Positions 15,695 through 20,790 of a DNA stretch of 20,790 nt are shown piece after piece; position 1 is the first letter of the stretch; each line of letters opens with the position of its first letter. Position numbers and translations under genes: made by a program. This DNA is from Candidatus Odinarchaeota archaeon (GTDB lineage: Archaea; Asgardarchaeota; Odinarchaeia; Odinarchaeales; Odinarchaeaceae). Location of the stretch: NCBI GenBank assembly GCA_038826135.1, contig JAWBON010000019.1:1-20790 (forward strand), read 5' to 3'. Under the pieces are notes generated by a model. The model made no database searches. It was not told where the DNA came from and saw only the letters and a list, made by a program, of their open reading frames with translations.

Positions 15695-15710
15695 TATATA
15701 ATATTTTCGG
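15695..15710 (-). promoter_or_regulatory. BRE + TATA promoter for the trpB2 leader/trpB2
   Basis: CCGAAAA (15710-15704) followed by TATTATATA (15703-15695). Implies a transcription start near 15672. Confidence 0.7.
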
Positions 15711-15712
15711 TG

Positions 15713-15907
15713 TTAACTAGTTTCAAGATAGTCTTCTATAAGAATAGTTAACAATGGAATAAAACAGACAGGCAGGATCCATAAATTATCCGAAATAGTT
15801 AAAGGAATCAGTGGAAGCCTTACAAATCGTAAAATAACCGAGATTATTAGAAAAACGCTCCAACACGTTAAAATAATATAAGTATTTTTCAACTTAACCT
15901 TATCCAT
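15713..15907 (-). CDS. Small membrane protein (64 aa, about 2 TM segments)
   Basis: ATG 15907 after GGGAG. Hydrophobic stretches YIILTCWSVFLIISVIL and LWILPVCFIPLLTILI. Confidence 0.6.
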   Translation of the reverse strand: MDKVKLKNTYIILTCWSVFLIISVILRFVRLPLIPLTISDNLWILPVCFIPLLTILIEDYLETS

Positions 15908-15920
15908 AAAACTCCCTTTT

Positions 15921-16448
15921 TTAAATTGAAAGCCGCCGAATCTTATCCTCAAACTTGGACTTTAAACTATGATATTCCTCCGAGCTGATCTCGCCTGAAC
16001 TATGCCTCGAATCTAAAGAAGCAAGCAGCTCCTTGTATATTTCAAGTTCAGCTTGCCTATCATCTTCCAATTCAACCATACTAGAATTTTCAAGTTTGTT
16101 TGTCAGCTCAGCTATAATCTTATCTCTCTCCAACACCTCCGCCTTAAGAGAAGCCACTGTAGACTCTAAATTATCAATCCTGGTTAATAAATCATTTATC
16201 TGATTAAAAAAAATATCCCGTTCAGCAGGCTTTGTTTTCCCAGTAACCTCCACTAGAACAGAATCACTGGCTGGTGTAGAGCGGGGGGGTGTTTCTACTC
16301 GAGTTGAAGACGTACTACGCTTCTCCATTAAATATACTATCAAGAATAGGGTAGGAAAAAGCATCATAATAAAAAGAATCGGGCTTAATAAAATAAGTAT
16401 TAAATCAACTAATATTAGAAGCAGTAAAAATACGATAACAATAAACAA
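15921..16448 (-). CDS. Membrane-anchored coiled-coil protein with C-terminal SHOCT-like motif
   Basis: 40-aa hydrophobic N-terminus, S/T/P linker, heptad region (INDLLTRIDNLESTVASLKAEV...), and LASLDSRHSSGEISSEEYHSLKSKF. GAGGTG SD 8 nt before the TTG. Confidence 0.75.
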   Translation of the reverse strand: MFIVIVFLLLLILVDLILILLSPILFIMMLFPTLFLIVYLMEKRSTSSTRVETPPRSTPASDSVLVEVTGKTKPAERDIFFNQINDLLTRIDNLESTVASLKAEVLERDKIIAELTNKLENSSMVELEDDRQAELEIYKELLASLDSRHSSGEISSEEYHSLKSKFEDKIRRLSI

Positions 16449-16534
16449 TTACACTACACCTCTAAGAATAATATTAAAACTAAAAATATAATATTAACTA
16501 TTCATGAGATAAGGAGATTTTTAATATTCTGATT

Positions 16535-16557
16535 AAAAAAATAAAAGAGGAGAGAGG
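16535..16557 (-). terminator. Pyrimidine/oligo-U terminator after the surface protein gene
   Basis: Minus strand reads CCTCTCTCCTCTTTTATTTTTTT just after the stop. Confidence 0.6.
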
Positions 16558-16558
16558 T

Positions 16559-19009
16559 TTATCTTTCAACTCTGCCTTTTATGCCTCTTCTTTTCAGAAC
16601 AAAGTATGCTCCAATACCTGCAGCTACAACTACTACAACGATCGGTATTATTATCCATAACGGTATGCCAGGTGTGAATGAGAAAACCACGAATACACTA
16701 AAGTGGGTTAAGTGACCGGATATCCAGTTCTCAGCTGTATTATGAATTACCTCGCTTAAAGCCTCATACGCGTTAGTGGACGGGTTAAACCAGTAAATGT
16801 TCAGCGAGTTCTCGTCAACACCCGCAACCTGTTCATCAGTGTAATAGAAGGTAAGCCAAGCGTCAACACTGGTAACTGTTTCAGTAGCTGTTATGTTAAC
16901 ATAGTAGCCTATCGGGGTGAAGCCTCCACCAGGAGAAGGAGCCCCTACAGCTTCGCTTATCACTAAACCTGTTGCACCAGAGATACTGTTTATTGTTAAG
17001 GATACCCCTAAGCTTGGAACATTGAACACAGCTGGAAGATAATTCGGATCCACGTATCCGCCTGTAACATCCCCGGTAACAGTGGAGAATAACAGATCTT
17101 TAAGATCTGGAATGGTTTTATTATCCCAGAACATTGCAACAGCTTTCCCTTGACTATCATAAACTATATTATCCGGCGGCGTTGTACCTGCATAGGATAG
17201 TATTGTGTGATGTGTGCCATTGCTGCCCCCTGAAACAAGTATCCCAAGCTTCTGATTTGCAGTAGACGGGTAGACGCCGGCTTCGGCTTCGAATAAACTG
17301 TTTAAATTATACCAGGAAGAGTTAACCCAGCTCTTAGTAGGAGTTATTAATACACCTGTAACCTGCTCCGTGTAACCGTAGCCCTCCACCATCTCCACAT
17401 TAACATAGAAATTACTGAATTTTAAGTCTAAGTCTTTGATTGTAGTGTTAAAATCGATAGGGCGCATTACAGACCAGAACCTGGCATCACTAATCCACCA
17501 ACCGGAAGATTCATCATAGCACTCCAGCCAGTACTCATTTAAATTGTTAACATAGTATTCTATAGCCTGATAGCCTCCAGTATACTTCTGCCAACCGTTG
17601 CTAATTTTGTAGTCTGGACCTTTCTCGATTACATGGTGAGCTTCCACTATAGAGACGTTTTCATTCCACCACCAGTCGCCGAAAAACGGAGGTTCACCCA
17701 GGAAATCCTCGTAGTCCTCTATTAGATTTTCAAAGTCAAGTTCACCGCTCGCAGCGATACTGCCGGTACCGGTGGTTGCCCCAGCATTCACACTTATACT
17801 AAATGCTCCTTTCTGTAATCTAGAAGCCATAAAAACCTCCATGAAGAACTCATAGAGGTCTGAGTTATTTAAATAGAGTGTGCTTGGAACCTCGCTCTCT
17901 GGAGGCCACCAACCAACTTCTATGGGCGGCATCAGTGTGTTTATGACTTTTTTCAAATCTATGGTTTGACTGCCGGACCAGGTTAATTTCTGAGTTGAAG
18001 GGTTATAGCTTATACTACTGCTTCCGACAGAGTTGGCCACCATCTGCTCATACTCGTACATGACAGCAGCGGTTACATTCCAGTCGCTTACACCAATAGT
18101 ATCGTAGATAAGCGGTGTCATGAAAACTTTTCTAAGACCCCATGTAGTGTTCTGCGCTTTAAAATCGAAATTAATTAAAGCGCCAGGATGAGTTCCACTG
18201 AAAGTAGTGTTAGTGTATGTGAAAGTCGCGTATGTACATAGAACAAGCATATTTGTAATATTGTAAAGAGAGTCCTCGCCTGTGCCAACTAGGCTCTCCA
18301 TAAACTGTTTAAAGAACTCTAGATGTGTATAGTTGAATGATTCTCCTTGATAGATTAATCCACCGTTCCCGTAAAGGCGTATATTAGTGTCATTCAACCA
18401 CAAGTTCACTGTTATAGGGCTTCCAATATAATCATTAGTACTTATAGTTATGACACCGGTTAAAACCCCTTTGTTAATGTTTAAGCTGCCTGTGAATGAG
18501 GGTATTTCGAACGGCATTGTCATTGAAAAAACTTCTTCCATTATTTTGGTTAAATTCATATCTTTCAGAAGCGCTGAAACACTTAAGACACCTTGATTAC
18601 CATCGTAGTTAAGGTTGAAATCTATGTCCCCGAGGGCAAGTGAACCTGTAGTGTTAAAACTCCAATCATAGTTGAAGGTGAAGTTCAGTTTATTATTCAA
18701 GATATCCAACACTAATTTCATTAAGTACTGGTCTGTTGAACTTGAATACCATGTAGATGTGTAGTTTTGGACAATTGTATCGTTTGTGATGAATAATATA
18801 AAACTCCTGTCATAGGATGCGTTAAACAGCTTTACATGTGAATTGGTGATCTGAACACTTCCATCCGGCATTACTGTGAAAGTAACATTGACGGTGCTAT
18901 CAACCGATGGCGGTGCTTTAACAGGCTGAAAACTTAACGGTAGAACAGCCACTATTGACAGTAACAGAGCTGCTGTTGTTAGAAATCCTAAAACTGTTCT
19001 TTTACTCAT
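16559..19009 (-). CDS. Large secreted, C-terminally membrane-anchored surface glycoprotein (S-layer-like)
   Basis: Signal peptide (MSKRTVLGFLTTAALLLSIVAVLP...PVKA), about 20 N-X-S/T sequons by manual count, beta-rich body, C-terminal TM helix followed by KRR. ATG 19009 with GGTGA SD. Confidence 0.8.
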   Translation of the reverse strand: MSKRTVLGFLTTAALLLSIVAVLPLSFQPVKAPPSVDSTVNVTFTVMPDGSVQITNSHVKLFNASYDRSFILFITNDTIVQNYTSTWYSSSTDQYLMKLVLDILNNKLNFTFNYDWSFNTTGSLALGDIDFNLNYDGNQGVLSVSALLKDMNLTKIMEEVFSMTMPFEIPSFTGSLNINKGVLTGVITISTNDYIGSPITVNLWLNDTNIRLYGNGGLIYQGESFNYTHLEFFKQFMESLVGTGEDSLYNITNMLVLCTYATFTYTNTTFSGTHPGALINFDFKAQNTTWGLRKVFMTPLIYDTIGVSDWNVTAAVMYEYEQMVANSVGSSSISYNPSTQKLTWSGSQTIDLKKVINTLMPPIEVGWWPPESEVPSTLYLNNSDLYEFFMEVFMASRLQKGAFSISVNAGATTGTGSIAASGELDFENLIEDYEDFLGEPPFFGDWWWNENVSIVEAHHVIEKGPDYKISNGWQKYTGGYQAIEYYVNNLNEYWLECYDESSGWWISDARFWSVMRPIDFNTTIKDLDLKFSNFYVNVEMVEGYGYTEQVTGVLITPTKSWVNSSWYNLNSLFEAEAGVYPSTANQKLGILVSGGSNGTHHTILSYAGTTPPDNIVYDSQGKAVAMFWDNKTIPDLKDLLFSTVTGDVTGGYVDPNYLPAVFNVPSLGVSLTINSISGATGLVISEAVGAPSPGGGFTPIGYYVNITATETVTSVDAWLTFYYTDEQVAGVDENSLNIYWFNPSTNAYEALSEVIHNTAENWISGHLTHFSVFVVFSFTPGIPLWIIIPIVVVVVAAGIGAYFVLKRRGIKGRVER

Positions 19010-19070
19010 ATTATTTTTCACCGTTAATTCAAATTTTAAAAAAAAACATAGTAATATTATTATGAAATGT

Positions 19071-19080
19071 TTTATATAAA
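19071..19080 (-). promoter_or_regulatory. TATA box for the surface protein gene
   Basis: Palindromic TTTATATAAA ~60 nt upstream of the ATG. Confidence 0.55.
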
Positions 19081-19083
19081 TGA

Positions 19084-20553
19084 TTAGCTGTTCTTTGACT
19101 TATTATAGTCAGGGGAGTAGCGGACATGTTTAGTTTTACCCTGCCCTATAATCTCTAAGTTAAGATTGTTAACGAATTCAATAGGTTCTAAAAGAAATAA
19201 TCCTGCGTCTAAACCTATTTTGAAAGCATCTATTCTGAGTAGACCTGATAGAATCTCTTCTCGAAACAACTTTTCATCTTTAACATAGCCGGGTTGGATC
19301 GTTAACTTTAACAGGGGTTTATAGTTTTTGCGAGATATGTATATTTCCCATTTATCCACTCTTCCGTTAACCATATTAGATTTTAAAATCTCATTTACGG
19401 AAATAGTTGAGAATCTTATAATACCGAGATTGATAATATCATCCACGCGTCCTAGAATCTTAAGTTTAGGGCAGATATTTCCACATATACATTCGTCTAC
19501 TTGCACTATTTTCACAAGATCTCTTATTCTATATCTTATAAGCGGCAGCGATTCTTTAAAATCGGTAACGACAAGTTCACCGGTTAAGTTTTTCTCAGCT
19601 TCAGATAGTAAAACAGCTTCAGGCTTATAACCTGGTTCCCTGCTTTCTTTTTCCAGTTCGCTTTCAGGAATAATCTCTAATATACAGTTAAGCGAGGGGA
19701 AATGTAAACCGTTATGTTCACTACACTCGTAGCCTACTCCGAAGCCTTCCGTGAAACCGTATAGGTCAAATGCCTCTAAACCCCAAAGGTCTTGTAAAGC
19801 ACTCCTATAAGGGTCTAGGGATTCAGCAGTGAAGAAACCTAATCTAAGTTTTTTAAAAACTTGTTTAGGTTTTATTGATATGATCTTAGTGAGGGCGGAG
19901 CCTAGTTTCAGTTTAAGACTTCCTTTTTCTTTAGCTATTGATTTGAGTATGCTTGGAGCTCTGCTAGCGATTTCTTCAGCTATTCTAAGAACCAAGGAGG
20001 GAGTTGATAATAGGATAGTGGGTTGTCTTTTCATTAAAAGCCCGAAGCTGTCTTGCATAGATGTTGGGCTTGTGATAATCTGTTCTATAGGGTGGCCTAT
20101 ACTTGCTGAGGATTCTAAAACCCTGTATGGTAGACTGCCTGATATAAAAGGTGTGGGGAGGGTGATTGATAACATTATATCCTCAGGTTTTAAGCCTGCT
20201 TCAAATAATATTTTTCCGATTTCAGTGCGAGACATCGAATAGTCTTTATAACTCCATGGAATCCATTTCTTTTTACCCATAGAACCGGATGTGCAATGCC
20301 AGAGCGCTACGTTTCTTGTTAGAATTATCTCTTCAGCTGGGTGGTTCTCCCAAACTGTTCTTAAATCATTTGAATCTATAAAAGGGAGTTTTTTAAGGGA
20401 TTCAAATCCTTTTAACGCATCCAGTTTTAAGTTTTTACCAGACCATTTATCCTTGTATAGGGCTGAGCGACTGGCCTTCTTGAAAAGCTTGGTTTCATTC
20501 AGCCGTCTCTCCTGGTTTTCATAATGTTTTTGGAAACTTGACAGATTCAACAC
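19084..20553 (-). CDS. Phenylacetate-CoA ligase (PaaK)-like adenylate-forming enzyme, substrate unknown
   Basis: HCTSGSMG P-loop, LSTPS, FTAESL, DLYGFTE, ECSEHNGLH, GELVVT, PLIRYRIRD, GRVDDII, GKTK. Confidence 0.85.
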   Translation of the reverse strand: MLNLSSFQKHYENQERRLNETKLFKKASRSALYKDKWSGKNLKLDALKGFESLKKLPFIDSNDLRTVWENHPAEEIILTRNVALWHCTSGSMGKKKWIPWSYKDYSMSRTEIGKILFEAGLKPEDIMLSITLPTPFISGSLPYRVLESSASIGHPIEQIITSPTSMQDSFGLLMKRQPTILLSTPSLVLRIAEEIASRAPSILKSIAKEKGSLKLKLGSALTKIISIKPKQVFKKLRLGFFTAESLDPYRSALQDLWGLEAFDLYGFTEGFGVGYECSEHNGLHFPSLNCILEIIPESELEKESREPGYKPEAVLLSEAEKNLTGELVVTDFKESLPLIRYRIRDLVKIVQVDECICGNICPKLKILGRVDDIINLGIIRFSTISVNEILKSNMVNGRVDKWEIYISRKNYKPLLKLTIQPGYVKDEKLFREEILSGLLRIDAFKIGLDAGLFLLEPIEFVNNLNLEIIGQGKTKHVRYSPDYNKSKNS

Positions 20554-20633
20554 CGTTTAAATAATTATGATTAAATTATTTAGTCAACAAGAATTTTAAT
20601 ATAATGTTTTATCGCTATTATTAGGTTGTGAAT

Positions 20634-20790
20634 ATGCTGTTTGAAAACATACTCATGTTTATTATGAGTAGAAAACTTCGGTATCTGAGGAGTAGAATTG
20701 GTAAAATAGATTCTGAAAAAAGTAGAGATCTTTTAAAAAAAGTTAACCGTGATAATTTAGAGAAAATTATTAAATACAAGTTTTACAAGA
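20634..20790 (+). CDS. Partial ORF divergent from the PaaK-like gene (MLFENILMFIMSRKLRYLRS...KYKFYK, runs off the window)
   Basis: AGGTTGTG SD-like site before ATG 20634. Frame stays open for 52 codons to the window end. Confidence 0.55.
   Translation, partial: MLFENILMFIMSRKLRYLRSRIGKIDSEKSRDLLKKVNRDNLEKIIKYKFYK

Noticed and set aside
19328-20524. Three plus-strand ORFs opposite the PaaK-like gene
   Set aside because: Antisense shadows.
20650-20670. Inverted repeat TACTCAT-N7-ATGAGTA
   Set aside because: Single 7-bp repeat inside a probable coding frame, with no second copy in the window to support an operator.
1-20790. CRISPR arrays, tRNA/rRNA genes, IS elements or integrases
   Set aside because: No regularly spaced repeats, cloverleaf/T-loop signatures, transposase motifs or terminal inverted repeats were seen.

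Overview
Archaeal genomic window (BRE/TATA promoters, GGAGGTGA-type Shine-Dalgarno sites, archaeal-type shikimate enzymes, many TTG/GTG starts). The Ras/MglA-like GTPase and SNAP-like helical-repeat protein hint at an Asgard-type host, but that is inference only. Left: a partial K+-independent membrane pyrophosphatase and a GalT/HIT-family gene (minus), then a TPR/SNAP-like protein and a small GTPase with a winged-helix tail (plus). Centre: a nine-gene operon for the archaeal DKFP/aspartate-semialdehyde route to chorismate and on towards Tyr (aroA', aroB', aroD, asd, aroE, aroK, aroA, aroC fused to chorismate mutase, tyrA), convergent with a stand-alone trpB2. Right: two small membrane proteins, a large sequon-rich surface protein, a PaaK-like acyl-CoA ligase and a partial divergent ORF. 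The most striking signal lies outside the ORF track. Both aromatic amino acid transcription units have ~230-240 nt leaders holding short uORFs rich in cognate residues: ...IWAWRWLLWP* (4 Trp) before trpB2 and [13 protein letters not shown]... before the aro operon. Each leader also has competing RNA helices and a U7 tract. This looks like ribosome-mediated attenuation in an archaeon. All structures were derived by eye and are unverified.
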